Source: Octopus sinensis (Eukaryota). From it: a stretch of DNA of 64,000 bases. Location of the stretch: positions 104,346,001 to 104,410,000 of the forward strand of contig NC_043006.1 of NCBI RefSeq assembly GCF_006345805.1, given 5' to 3'. Below the pieces are notes generated by a model. It ran no database searches. It had not been told where the DNA came from and was given only the letters and a program-made list of their open reading frames with translations. This document shows, one piece after another, positions 1 to 14,406 of this stretch (position 1 is the stretch's first letter; every line of letters begins with the position of its first letter). Position numbers and translations under genes: made by a program.

Positions 1-810
1 TCCTTCTTGACTATTTGTGGATCAAAGGGGTATGCAATATCAACTATGTTGCATATGTGGTGCACCTTGTCCACCACCACTAGATCCGGTCTGCTATGCT
101 CTAGCACCTGATCTGTCTGGACTGGGATATCTCAGAGAATATTGCTAGTCCGCCACTCTCTGCGGTTTGAATTCATATCACGTCTTACCACTCTCTAATT
201 CCCACTTTTCGCACAGCTTCCAATGTACCACTTCCGCTACTTGATCCTGTCACCACAACTTGTAGTGAATTCGGGCAAGTCTAGGGCATTCGTTCGTGAT
301 ATGGGCAATAGTTACATCCCCTCTATAGCAGATGCGGTACAGCGAAGACTCTCCTTTCCAAGGTTGACCCTCCAGTTCGTCGCTTGGTCTTGCGCTTGCA
401 GTATAGGGATCTCAGTCTCCTTTTTTAGTGTTCCTTTCATCAGCCAATCCTACCTATTTTCTCCAGCATCTTCTGTTGTGGCTATATGCAATTGATTGTG
501 CTGTCCCTTGTTGCGTAATTCTGTCACTAGCAAGGTTTCCTTACTTTGACTTAGGTATCTCATTAAGCTCTCGAGTTCGATACGCACGCAGTCTTCCACA
601 TTAATCAGTCCTCTTCCTCCATTTACTCTCTTCATGTATAGGCAATTAGTTCCTACACGTGCATGATGGGCCCCGTGCATCTTTAGGAGCTTTCTTCACT
701 TCCTGTTTATCTACGCTAACTCTTCTGTCCACTTCAGGACTCCAGCGCCAAACCGAGCTACTGCGACTGCGCGCGAGTTTATTGCCGAAATTATGTTTCT
801 GGCATTTTCC
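1..810 (-). mobile_element. Decayed RLE-type non-LTR retrotransposon (R4/Dong-like), RT thumb to restriction-like endonuclease
   Basis: Minus-strand translation across stops and frameshifts gives NARNIISAINSRAVAVARFGAGVLKW, MHGAHH..LYMKRVNGGRGLINVEDCV, QDQVAEVVHWKLCEKW and PVQTDQVLEHSRPDLVVVDKVHHICNIVDIAYPFD (PD..D endonuclease motif). Runs off the window start. Confidence 0.85.
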
Positions 811-1051
811 TTCTTCTTCTTCTTCTTCTTCTTCTTCTTCTTCTTCTTCTTCTTCTTCTCTTCTTCTTCTTCTTCTATTCCCCCTCCTCCCCCTCCCCTC
901 CTTCATCCTCTTCTTCTTCTTCTTCTTCTTCTTCTTCTCCTCCTCCCCCTTCATCATCTCCTCCTCCTCCTCCTCCTCCTCCTCCTTCTTCTTCTTCTTC
1001 TTCTTCTTCTTCTTCTTCTTCTTCTACTTCTTCTTCTTCTTCTTCTTCTTC
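811..1051. repeat. (CTT)n/(CCT)n microsatellite
   Basis: Direct reading. Confidence 0.97.
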
Positions 1052-1056
1052 ATGTT

Positions 1057-1252
1057 AAGGCAGTGAGCTGGCAGAATCCTTAGCATGCCTGGCGAAATGC
1101 TTATCGGTATTTCGTCTGCCGTTACGTTCTGAGACTTTTCCTTTCGTCATTTCGGGAACGATAAATTAAGTACCAGTTGCGTACCTGGGGTCGGTATAAT
1201 CGACTTAACCCCCTTCCCCCAAATTTGAGGCCTTGTGCTTCCAGTAGAAAGG
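1057..1252 (+). mobile_element. tRNA-type SINE, family A, followed by (ATT)n
   Basis: Head AAGGCAGTGAGCTGGCAGAATCC-TTAGC, body CGATAAATTAAGTACCAG..GGGGTCG..AATCGACTTAACCCC, tail GGCCTTGTGC..GTAGAAAGGATT. Homologous to copies at 12785, 39921, 40130, 52843, 54230 and 60181-60560. Confidence 0.85.
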
Positions 1253-1378
1253 ATTATTATTATTATTATTATTATTACTATTATTATAATAATAATAATT
1301 ATTATTATTATTATTCTTATTTTTATTATTATTATATTATTATTATATTATTATTATTATTATTATTTTATATTATTA

Positions 1379-1421
<43 letters not shown>
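1253..1421. repeat. (ATT)n microsatellite
   Basis: Direct reading; another (ATT)n lies at ~3644-3730. Confidence 0.97.
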
Positions 1422-1426
<5 letters not shown>

Positions 1427-1663
1427 AACAATAGTAGTATTTCATCTTTATGGAATACTGCTATCCAAACTCCTACTTTATTTCATTCAACACTGTACAA
1501 TAATAAATATCCTTAAATTGTCTTCATTTGATAGTCAGTTTCACTTATTCATATGTTGAATTATTCTTAATTGTCTTTAACGTTTGCCATTTTCATCTAA
1601 CAGGACAACACCTATGCACTTGTTTCAAATTTACACACACACACTCACACACACACACATATG

Positions 1664-2180
1664 TCTATATATATAAAACTGTAGTTGTGTGAGTGTCTGT
1701 CCCCTTCGATTTAGATTCCTAACTACTCCCACATTTTGCGGTGCAGTTTAACCAAATTCAGGTATCTTATAGTCGTGATTCATATCGAGCCCGTCTGGGT
1801 ATTAGCGCGCGTCTACGATGAGTCTACGATTTTAAAATAATTTAACATCATTTTTTATTCCATTTTAATGCATAATTTTTCGTGTGTCGATGGCGGCGGC
1901 GGAGTTGGCGTCCACGCTCACATCTGCACCTGTTTGCTTCTCCTCGTGAAACTGTGGGGAAGGGAGTGTAAGGAAATCAACGTCGTAAAGCGTTGTCAAG
2001 GAGACCAGCGTTCTTTTAGAACAACGACTTCATGGCTTGAAGACACTGAGTCAACGATTAAAAAAAAATTACCATCACTTTTTATTCCATTTTTAATGCA
2101 TTTTTTTGCTATAACTCTCTAAAAATGCTTATATAGTTATTTCCCTTACTAACCCGAGCAACGCCGGGCGATACTGCTAG
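1664..2180 (+). mobile_element. Non-autonomous Helitron
   Basis: Begins TCTATATATATAAAACT; ends with a GC hairpin CCCGAGCAACGCCGGG (2153-2168) about 12 nt before terminal CTAG followed by T. No TSD. Internal ~55 bp direct repeat (1824-1880 and 2051-2107). Confidence 0.8.
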
Positions 2181-2192
2181 TATTTATATATA

Positions 2193-2686
2193 CCGTAAAT
2201 CCACGATTATAATCCGCATTTTACCCCAAAATTTGAAGGTCAAAATCCTTTGTGCGTACTATATACGAGATTAAAAAGGAAAAATATTTTCTATGTAATG
2301 TCCGAGTCTCTGCTTGCTGTCCGGCAATGTTTATTCAGACGCATTTTGTGATCTCGGGCGCGAAAATACCTTAAGCTAACCCTGAAAACAATGAAGTCTT
2401 AAAAGAGTCATCCATAACTTGCAGTTAGCAACATTTATGAAACGTTATTACTGTTATTTCTTTATTTTCTACAAACAAAATGCACAAAAATGCTACACGT
2501 TTGCATTATGTTATATATACAATAACAATAAAGGACGTTACCGTATACATTTCTACAAACCAAGGACGTTATATAGACCTCCTTGACTCAAGTTAGAGAA
2601 AGGTTGCGTATTATACACAAGGTTTAAGTTTTTCCGAGGTACAGCCCCTTAATACTCAAGGGCGGACTATACCCGAGGATTTACGG
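2193..2686. mobile_element. Tc1/mariner-superfamily MITE (CCGTA-type TIR, Tc2/pogo-like)
   Basis: TIRs CCGTAAATCCACGATTATAATCCGC and GCGGACTATACCCGAGGATTTACGG, TA on both sides, with subterminal TGCGTAYTATAYAC repeats. Confidence 0.85.
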
Positions 2687-2727
2687 TATATACATACATA
2701 CATACATATGTATTTATATATATATAT

Positions 2728-2821
2728 ATGGAGACAATGAATTTTTTCTATTTATAGATATAGGAAGGGGTAGTACTACCCCTTCCTATATCTATAAATA
2801 GAAAAAATTCTTTGTCTCCAT
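2728..2821. repeat. 94 bp spacer-less palindrome
   Basis: 47 bp arms with one mismatch, centred on AGTACT; left arm abuts (TA)n. Confidence 0.95.
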
Positions 2822-3657
2822 CCAACCAAACATAAAACCCCTTCCCCACTGATAGAACTAAATAACAAAGTGAACTCAATGATAAAATCTACAGACGGAG
2901 AATGAACATACTACCGCCATGTTCTTAATGATGAAATCAACCTCTCTGTCTATATATCTACCCTCATTATAATGTTGGCAGATGAAATAGAGATAAGAAT
3001 GTGCATTGTCCGTTTGAGTGAAAAATTCTATAAGTGGGTGAAGATTGCTCGACATTTTAAAACCTGTGTAATTCTTAGAGTGTTTAATAAAATGAAGTAG
3101 CATGAAACAATTGTACTACTCTACCTTGGATATACTTGTTGCTTATTTTGATTATAATCCCCCCATTTGATTTATATGGGTAATACCATACAAAATTCTG
3201 GTGCCTTTGACTTAAGTACCATATTCATCTGAATCTAAATTTTGCTAAACTTTCATATATATATATATATAATATCCCTTAATTTTGTTTTGTTTTTTAT
3301 CTTCAAATACTTTCATTTATTTCATACATTCATTCTCTCTACTTCACCTATGATGTCGTCAATCTCCACGTGCGACCCAATTTCTCTTTCCTTCTGCCAC
3401 TTTTAGGCCGCAAAAACCGATAGCACAATTGCTTTCTCAAGATAGTTATTGTTTCTTCTAATATATAACGAATTTGACCTTTGTTCCTTAACTTGGATCC
3501 ATTCTTTCCAGCACAGTCATTCTTAACAACTCCCACACTCGCATGCCATTTACCATTCTTCTTCACCTCCGCTGCATTTTTTCCTCCTCCTCCTCCACCT
3601 CCTGCTTTTTCTTCCTCCTTCTCCTCATTTCCCTTCTCCTCCGCATTATTATTATTA

Positions 3658-3730
<73 letters not shown>

Positions 3731-4466
3731 TCTATTTCTGTCTGTTTCTCTTCTCTGTCTGTCTCTGTCTCTGTCTCTCTCTCTCACTCTCACTCCCCTC
3801 TTTCTCAGTCTGCATATATACATATATATATATATATATTTCCGCATCTCCTTATATATATATATGCATGTATGCACTTACAGACTTATGTATCCTTCTA
3901 TGTCTATACGTGCACCTGCATCTGTATACTAAACACACATAATATTTCTTTACACACACACACACACTCACACACACGCACAGAGTACATATGTGCATTA
4001 CTAGCGCAGCATCGGCATCGTTTTCCTTATAGTCATCGGCGTCGCTACCAATCTCCACCGGGCTCTCCATTGCAACGTCCATCGCTACACTTAAAACAAT
4101 CAGCTAATAGTCATCAGAACAATAACATGAATTGTTAAGAAGAAGAGAACAAAAAAAGTCACAAAACAAAATCTACAAAAATAAACCACAAAAAATATTT
4201 CTTCACATGTGCCTCACCCAACGCCTATGCACCCAACCAAAAATCGATCGCTAAAATCAATATATAAAATGTCGACCATTAACAAGTAACGAGAAATGAA
4301 TAAAGTAGCAAAGCAATATAGATTTATTGGGTTCTCGCTTTTTCATAAGTACTGACATTATTGTAATCTTTCACAACCTTCAGTTTTATAGACATCATCA
4401 CTTTATTTCTTCTTCGCCTTTATGGTGTTATATACACATACAATCATATATGTATATGCATGCATG

Positions 4467-4508
<42 letters not shown>

Positions 4509-4786
4509 GAACAAATACGTACATACACTCTTATATATATATATAATATGATATAATATAATATATGCATATAAATTAATAAATGAATATATATATATAT
4601 ATACACACATACGCACACGAAATATAATTCTACAAGTTTATTTTGATTTATGCAAAAATATGCATACGTACAAATGAATATGTTCATACTGATATACAAA
4701 TACATTTTACATCTATACTTATATATATATAAGTATAGATGTAAAATGTATTCGTATATCTATATATATATATATATATATATATA

Positions 4787-4967
4787 TGATAGATCGTTAG
4801 CTACTACACACATTTTTTCTCTCCTTGTTTTTCTGTGTATCTTTTTGTTGAAGAGCGTAGGCTCGAAACGTAAAAGACTTTTTCTATTCCTGAGCGCTAT
4901 ACTAATACATCTGTTCGTTTGTACACCACTTGCCTTCGTCTTTTGTTTATTTTCGTAAACTTTCCCT

Positions 4968-4968
<1 letters not shown>
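4787..4968 (+). mobile_element. Short (TA)n-embedded element with hammerhead-like motif (Penelope pseudo-LTR or retrozyme-like), copy 1
   Basis: ~180 bp island between two (TA)n tracts; homologous minus-strand copy at 56581-56769. Contains TCTTT-TTGTTGA-A-GAGC GTAG GCTC-GAAAC GTA-AAAGA. Confidence 0.7.
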
Positions 4969-4998
<30 letters not shown>

Positions 4999-5772
4999 CT
5001 ATGTGTTTGTGTGTGTGTGTATACTTGCTCATAAATACACAGTTATATATCCATCTATGTATATATAAACATGCGTACACTTGTACATACCAGAAACAAG
5101 CAAAATACATTTATATAAATACACACATATAATGATAAACAAATATAAATAATTCATTATGACATTAATTGAAAGTAGATAAAGCTATACTTGGTAGGAG
5201 GTAGAATATTTAGCTAGGATATGTCTGAAGTCTCCCTATGGAACACGAACCCACAACATTTGTTATCCTGTGCTACCACTATCCATTTCCATCCAAGATT
5301 TTTTTGTAACCCTTATATTCTACAGTTGAAACCTAACCACTTAAGCCAGATATGACCACCCACCACACATTTATCCTGTAAGGTCTGTCGATTCTCTAGT
5401 TTCCCGGTAAGTGATTTCATTTGGCAGAAAATTTCCATTCAAAGGAATCCTAGATTTTTGTATTAAGATTTTATTTATGGCTGAAGGTTTGCTGTTTTGT
5501 GATACATACAACAATAGATGATCTTAGCATTTTTGTGTCAAGAAAACTTAATCCTGAGATTACTGTAACAAAGTGGAGAAATTAGTGTATAGAAACAACC
5601 AGCAACAAAAAAAATAATAAATGTCCTTTTTCAATAAAGAATTACAGTGTCTTACAGTGTCTTAGCCAATTGGACGCTCAATATTTGTTGGAGGGCGTTT
5701 CCTTAAATAACAATATGATGGACTAACCGATCAAATATTCGTGGAAACTGAGGTAATGGCTAACGCCTTCAT

Positions 5773-5798
<26 letters not shown>

Positions 5799-5807
<9 letters not shown>

Positions 5808-6096
5808 TAAATAAATGGAGTTTAACGCAGGTGTAATCAAATATTTTTACTTTCGACACATGTTTCGAAAATTCCACAGATACTATTCAAAAGAATAAAT
5901 GGTATAAACAATGCAATCTTCTCCTCACGAAAGTGAAAAAAGCGAAACTCGTCAATAAGAAACTCGCCAAGGAGAAGATTGCATTGTTCATACCATTTAT
6001 TCTTTTGAATAGTATCAGTGGAATTTTCGAAACATGTGTCGAAAGTAAAAATATTTGATTACACCTGCGTTAAAGTCCATTTATTTATTCATATAT
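5799..6096. repeat. Inverted repeat, ~127 bp arms (5799-5925 / 5970-6096), inside a (TA)n-flanked Penelope-like island extending to ~6248
   Basis: Arms are reverse complements with about 4 mismatches; ~45 bp spacer. Confidence 0.9.
5849..5934 (-). ncRNA. Minimal type I hammerhead ribozyme-like motif (C3 changed to G)
   Basis: Minus strand reads ACTTTC-GTGAGGA-GAAGATT...AATTTTC-GAAAC ATGT GTC-GAAAGT: 6 bp stem I, 7 bp stem II base, short stem III, GUC triplet. Confidence 0.65.
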
Positions 6097-6245
6097 TATT
6101 CAAAATATTCAACGTAAACACGAAGTTTCTACCTTTATAAACAAGGAGTTACAACATCTTTACTTGTGAGATTTTTGCTGCCCTGGTAACTATTATTTAT
6201 TTTTTCCGTGTTAATTGTTACAAGGTAAAAATACACTCATCTATT

Positions 6246-6348
<103 letters not shown>

Positions 6349-7480
6349 TTTGAGAGGGTTGTGAGATCTCGAGTAACTCCCTACCTGGAAAATAACATCT
6401 TATTTATTCTCAACCCTTTTAGTTTCCGCAACGGCACAGACTGCTTAATACAGCTCTTGAATCACTTTAATGACACCCTAAAGATTTTGGAAGAGTGTTC
6501 CAATCCAGATGTCATCTATCTTGACTTCAGCAAGGCCTTCGACAAGGCTCACCACAGCATCCTATTAAAAAAAAACTAACCAGATTGCATTTTTGTCCTG
6601 AGCAGAACTCAACAGATAGTGATAGATGGTGTTCGATCAAGTTCGGCAAGAATCATCAGTGGAGTCCCACAATGCACTGTTTAGGGCCCACTCCTTTTCA
6701 TTATTTACGTAAATGAAACCACTGACGTCATCAAACACAGCAGTATTAGAAATTTCGTACGTGACTCAAAACTTCGGACGGCTGCCGACAGGGTGGTAAA
6801 CTGAACAAATCTCCTTTCGGATTACCTCGCTGCTATCCGATGGGCAGAAAAGATCAATATGAAGCTAAACGAGTATATATTTGAATTAATTCACTTCGGT
6901 GGATTAATTCAAACTCAGGTGAAAACCTCGTGGTATCAAACACTGCTAGGGACCTCGGAGTAACCGTCAATAATAAGTTAAGCTGGAATGCACACATTAA
7001 CAACAAAGTCAACATGACCGACAGGGTATGCTTGTGGACCTTCAGGACATATTGGCCTAGAGATATTTTTTCTCCATTTTTCCCCTTCCTCAACCTTGAA
7101 TACTGTTGTCCGCCTTGGTCTTATTACACGAAACGAAATATATGAAGCACCCCAGAGATCAATCTCAAAAGAAACAGACGCTCTGCCAGATTCTGATTTT
7201 GGGGATCGTCTTACGCAACTCAAACCTTATTTCTTCCAACGCCACCGCAAGCGATCTATCATTTTCACTATGATGCTGGAATCAAAGTTTAAAACTCATT
7301 CAAAGGATGGTCCCAGTTTCATCCAAGCTCTACAAAAATCATGCTCACATCACATCACAACACTAAGGCAGAAGTACTCCACCTCAACTGGCCGTACTCT
7401 CTTTAACATCATGTCAAGAAATATAAGACAAAAGATCTCTTAACATTCGAACGGTTCCTGGACGAATATCTCTCAACAAT
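6349..7480 (+). mobile_element. Decayed CR1-group LINE reverse transcriptase fragment
   Basis: FERVVRSRV.., DVIYLDFSKAFDKAHHSILLKK, SRTQQIVIDG..SGVPQCTV*GPLLFIIYVNE, RDLGVTVNNKLSWNAHIN, LEYCCPPWS, FERFLDEYLSTI; many stops and frameshifts. Confidence 0.88.
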
Positions 7481-7605
7481 TTTTGAAGCCGATCACATGG
7501 AGGAATGGTGTTCATATCCATTTTGGATGAAAACACAAAATATCTCCAAAATGGAGATGAACACCATTCCTCCGTGTGATCGGCTTGAAAAATTGTTCAG
7601 ATATT
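7465..7605. repeat. Inverted repeat, ~60 bp arms with ~17 bp loop
   Basis: AACAATTTTTGAAGCCGATCACATGGAGGAATGGTGTTCATATCCATTTTGGA pairs with TCCAAAATGGAGATGAACACCATTCCTCCGTGTGATCGGCTTGAAAAATTGTT. Confidence 0.9.
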
Positions 7606-7692
7606 AAGATACGTTTCTTAACACAAAATCCATGGTAGCCGTAATACACAAATAAAGAAATTTTATCCACCAACACGTAATTCGACATTTAC

Positions 7693-10680
<2,988 letters not shown>

Positions 10681-11291
10681 GACTGTACGAATGTACGTGT
10701 TTCAGCGTGGATCGTTCCAATTTACCTACAATCGTTTTTATAATTGAAAGGCATATTTGCAGGCTGAAGAGAACCGCAGCAGGGTTAATGTTCTTCTATA
10801 CAAATGTATTTCGTTTCCATTTTAAACGTTGTATAAATAAATATATTTTGCTTGCCTTAGATATAATATCTTTAGTTGATTCACTTTCAGTAAATTTAAA
10901 ATGTTATTGTTTTACATACAGTTTATTAACTTTGAAAATGTAATTGCAATTGCCAACAGAATATATATATTATACACTTCAAATGCAAACGGAATATATT
11001 TATAACGCAAAAAAGTTATAGCCAATGAAAATCTCTTAGGCTTAATCAGATATTTTTTATTGAGTTTGAATAAAAAAAAAATGAAGATAATCGGTTTCTT
11101 TTTCCGATTATGAAACTCATGTATTCAAACTGTAAACATCAGAAGATCGATTAAAAACAACGACATAAAAATATCAGTGGGTGGAGTCCGACAAAAATCC
11201 ATGATAAAGCCCACAACTCTTCTTCTCTCTCCGCCTCTATTTATATGTTGCTTTAATTCACTCACTCTTCCTCTTTCTCTCTATCTCTATA

Positions 11292-11549
11292 AAAGAAAAA
11301 AATGCGCCCTTTTAAAGCCTAGCCAGGCTCATGGGTCCGGTATCTCGGTTTCTATGGCGTATGTGTTCCCTAGCCGGACGGGACGCCAGTCCATCGCAGC
11401 GTTACTCATTTTTGCCAGCTGAGTGGACTGGAGCAACGTGAAATGAAGTGTTTTGCTCAAGAACACAACGCGTCGCCCGGTCCAGGAGTCGAAACCACAA
11501 TCTTACGATCATGGTGCTGACACCCTAACCACTACACCACGCGCCTCCA
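11292..11549 (-). mobile_element. tRNA-type SINE, family C, with 15 bp TSD
   Basis: Minus-strand head GGAGGCGCGTGGTGTAGTGGTTAG (A box) ... GGTTTCGACTCC (B box); TSD CTCTCTATCTCTATA at 11277-11291 and 11550-11564. Confidence 0.9.
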
Positions 11550-11989
11550 CTCTCTATCTCTATACATAACTTTAAATCTCCTTATGAAACAAGTGTACTC
11601 ACGCAGGGTCATACATGAGTATATACAAACGCAAGCAAGAACACTGTATTATGTAGTTTATATATGTGTGTATGCTACTATAATATTCGTGATGACATAC
11701 AGCTATTACTCGGAGTTTCACAATATTGAAGCATGTGACAGAGGAATCATTCTAATAGATGACCCAAAGTTGAACTGTAGTTGGCTTACAACCACCGAGT
11801 ATTTTTGCAGCTCCATGAGCGATGTAATCTCCACTTTCTGTCTTGTTTTATTTGATTGACCTTAGGTCAGACTTTGGCTGTCCTACAGTACAACGATCCC
11901 TCCTCCACTCGATTGGTTTACATTAGTGCACCGCCTGTCTGATAAACAGAACTCCATCTACAGTTTTATATTTGAGATGAAGAATCATG

Positions 11990-12450
11990 TACATTATTTA
12001 CATTATTTACATTCGTTGTGTAAACAACAAACAAGGTGAGGACAAATATCCGTCGAACGTAAAGAATCTAAATAACGAACTCCACCTGTCCGCAGAACAG
12101 AACTCTGAAATCATCTCCAAATGTCCCCACAGTCGAGGTTTTGCTTTAGCTCAGTTTTATTCTGCTAATTTAGAAAACAACGAAAATAGCCCCAGGAAAA
12201 ATTGCTTCCAGCGCAGCTTAGTAGCGCCACCAAAATCTAACAATATCTCGCCATATTCTATGTTGCAATCCTTAACGATTTTCATTCCGTTCAACCCCCA
12301 AAATTCTAGTTTACTACCTTCCGATGCAGGACCACCTTTCAATCCTAATTCGACTAAGGTTACACTCATTGTGGACACTTTATCAAGGGGACGTATGCTA
12401 GCGTGTCTCTGAAACTTGCATAATAGCTGTTCGATTCTTATACAAATGTA
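11990..12450 (+). mobile_element. Penelope-like element remnants (pseudo-LTR end plus GIY-YIG C-terminal tail)
   Basis: Peptide NSEIISKCPHSRGFALAQF resembles the SE(I/L)xSKCxH C-terminus of PLE ORFs. 12014-12075 matches the minus-strand island at 57304-57376. Confidence 0.55.
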
Positions 12451-12784
12451 TATATGTACATATAAGCATATCTGTTTCCTTCTGCATTTCTATCGTTTTA
12501 AATGAGTACAACTACTTGGAGCTGCCTGATCGCATGCAAACTCAACCCAGGTAACTCACCTTCCATCGTGTCTTATCCTCCCATCATCTTTATGATATTC
12601 ATCACCCTACTCTCACGCAAATTACTGTAATCATCCCTTCCATTGCAGAATGCCGCTTTTTTCAAATTCTGTTGTGCCCGTTTCTTACAGTCACGAACTT
12701 ACAGCAGTTTAAGCAAAACATTATTGGCGTCGACTTCGACAGCCACGAAGGTCACGTGCATAGCCTCTTTCGCCAGGCCTAGTT

Positions 12785-12968
12785 AATCCTTTCTAATAGA
12801 GGAACAACACCTGAAATTTGAACGTGGGGTTCTAATCCATTACATCGACCCCATGCTTAACTGGTGCTTAATTTATCAACCCTGAAAGAATTAAACCTCG
12901 GTGGCATTTGATCTCAGAAGACATGTGCCGCTAAGTATATTGTCCGGCGTAGTAACAACTCGCTGCCT
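12785..12968 (-). mobile_element. Decayed family A SINE
   Basis: TACATCGACCCCA..CTGGTGCTTAATTTATCAACCCTGAAAG matches the family A body. Confidence 0.7.
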
Positions 12969-12980
12969 CCTCAACACACA

Positions 12981-13105
12981 CTCTTTTATTCGCTTCAGTC
13001 ATTAGACGGCGGCCACGTTGGGGTACCGCCTTGGCGTTTTAGTCGAGTACATTGACCGCAATACTTACTTTTATACTTATTCTATCGGTCTCTTTTACCT
13101 CACCG

Positions 13106-13143
<38 letters not shown>

Positions 13144-13305
13144 ACAGACTTATTTCAGTTTCCACCAACCAAATCCACTCACAATGCTTTGGTCGGCCCG
13201 AGGTTATAGTAGAAGAGACTTGCCGAAGGTGCCATGCAGTAGGACTGAACCCGGAACCATCTGGTTGGAAAGCAAGCGTCTTACCACACAGCCTTGCCGG
13301 CGCCT
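12981..13305 (-). mobile_element. tRNA-type SINE, family E (two halves joined by an internal microsatellite)
   Basis: Head GGCTGTGTGGTAAG..GGTTCCGGGTTCAGTCC, internal (TG)n, tail ..GGCCGCCGTCTAATGACTGAAGCG; homologous to copies at 33885, 56822 and 59255. Confidence 0.85.
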
Positions 13306-14101
13306 ATAATTAAAATTAATAGAATTATAAATAGTCTATGCATTTCTGAATCACATTTTATTTATAAAAGTTTCATATTAAAAAACCATGATAAAAATTA
13401 GAGCGTTGTAATTCATTGTTTTGTTCTTGTACGAAGGACTATCAGAATAAAACTCGTACCTTATCAATAGATTGTTCATTACTCCAACGGCTCAGTCTTT
13501 TGTGTATTTAATATTGGAAACATGGCTTCACTTCTTCCATGTTGAAGATAAAACATTTCGTTAAGCTATCGCTTCATGTGTAAATCCTCTTTAATACTTT
13601 GTTCTGATAATTTTTCCTGTTTATCTTATTCATTTCCAGTTTGATGCATTGTCAGCTAGTTTCATTATTGCTTATCACACAAAACAATATTGCTGTATTT
13701 CGTCACATCACTGAACAGCAGCTCTCACAGGACACTGATTTAGGACCCCCAAGACTGGTGTGAAGAAAGGAGGAAGGAAGGAAGGAAGTTGGCACCACAT
13801 TGGAAGCCTGGTCAGAATGCTTGCAACAGAGTGGACCCTACAGGAGAAACCAAGAACTAGTTATTGATATTAAAACGGGTGATGAATTATATCTACTACA
13901 CAAGAACAGGGTTCCACACATTTACTTTCTACCAAATTTTACTCAACCCAAAGCAACAGTAGAAGACATTTTCTTCGGGTTCCTGGCGCATATAGGAATC
14001 GAGTCTGAAGTTTCGAAGCGAAGCTCTTAATAATACAACCATATCAAATGTATAATTGTTTTTAGTTGATACAATCACATACCAACTAACTTGTTAATAT
14101 A

Positions 14102-14406
14102 TCACCGTGACTGACCAGGTTATCAGATGTTGCTGCACATCGCTGGTCACAATGCGCTTCGCATTGTTTTAGCCTTCAAATGACTCCACCCTTCTGGCTA
14201 AGCGAGCAGGCCAACAGAAGAAAGAGTGAGAGAAATTTGTGGCGGAAGAGTACAGCAGGGATCGCCACCACCAACCTGCCGGAGTTTCGTGGAGCTTTTA
14301 GGTGTTTTCGCACAATAAACACTCACAACGCCCGGTCTGGGAATCGAAACCGCGATCCTACAACCGCGAGTCCGCTGCCCTTACCACTGAGCCATTGCGC
14401 TTCCAC
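14102..14406 (-). mobile_element. tRNA-type SINE, family B, with 10 bp TSD
   Basis: Head GGAAGCGCAATGGCTCAGTGGTAAG..GGTTTCGATTCCCAGACCGGGCG; TSD TGTTAATATA at 14092-14101 and 14407-14416. Confidence 0.9.

Noticed and set aside
646-1516. Poly-E/K/S/F/L/I/Y ORFs
   Set aside because: Trinucleotide microsatellites (CTT)n and (ATT)n.
11440-11549. tRNA genes suggested by A and B boxes here and at 14330-14406 and 28753-28830
   Set aside because: They continue into repeated SINE bodies, two with clear TSDs, and no complete cloverleaf was evident.
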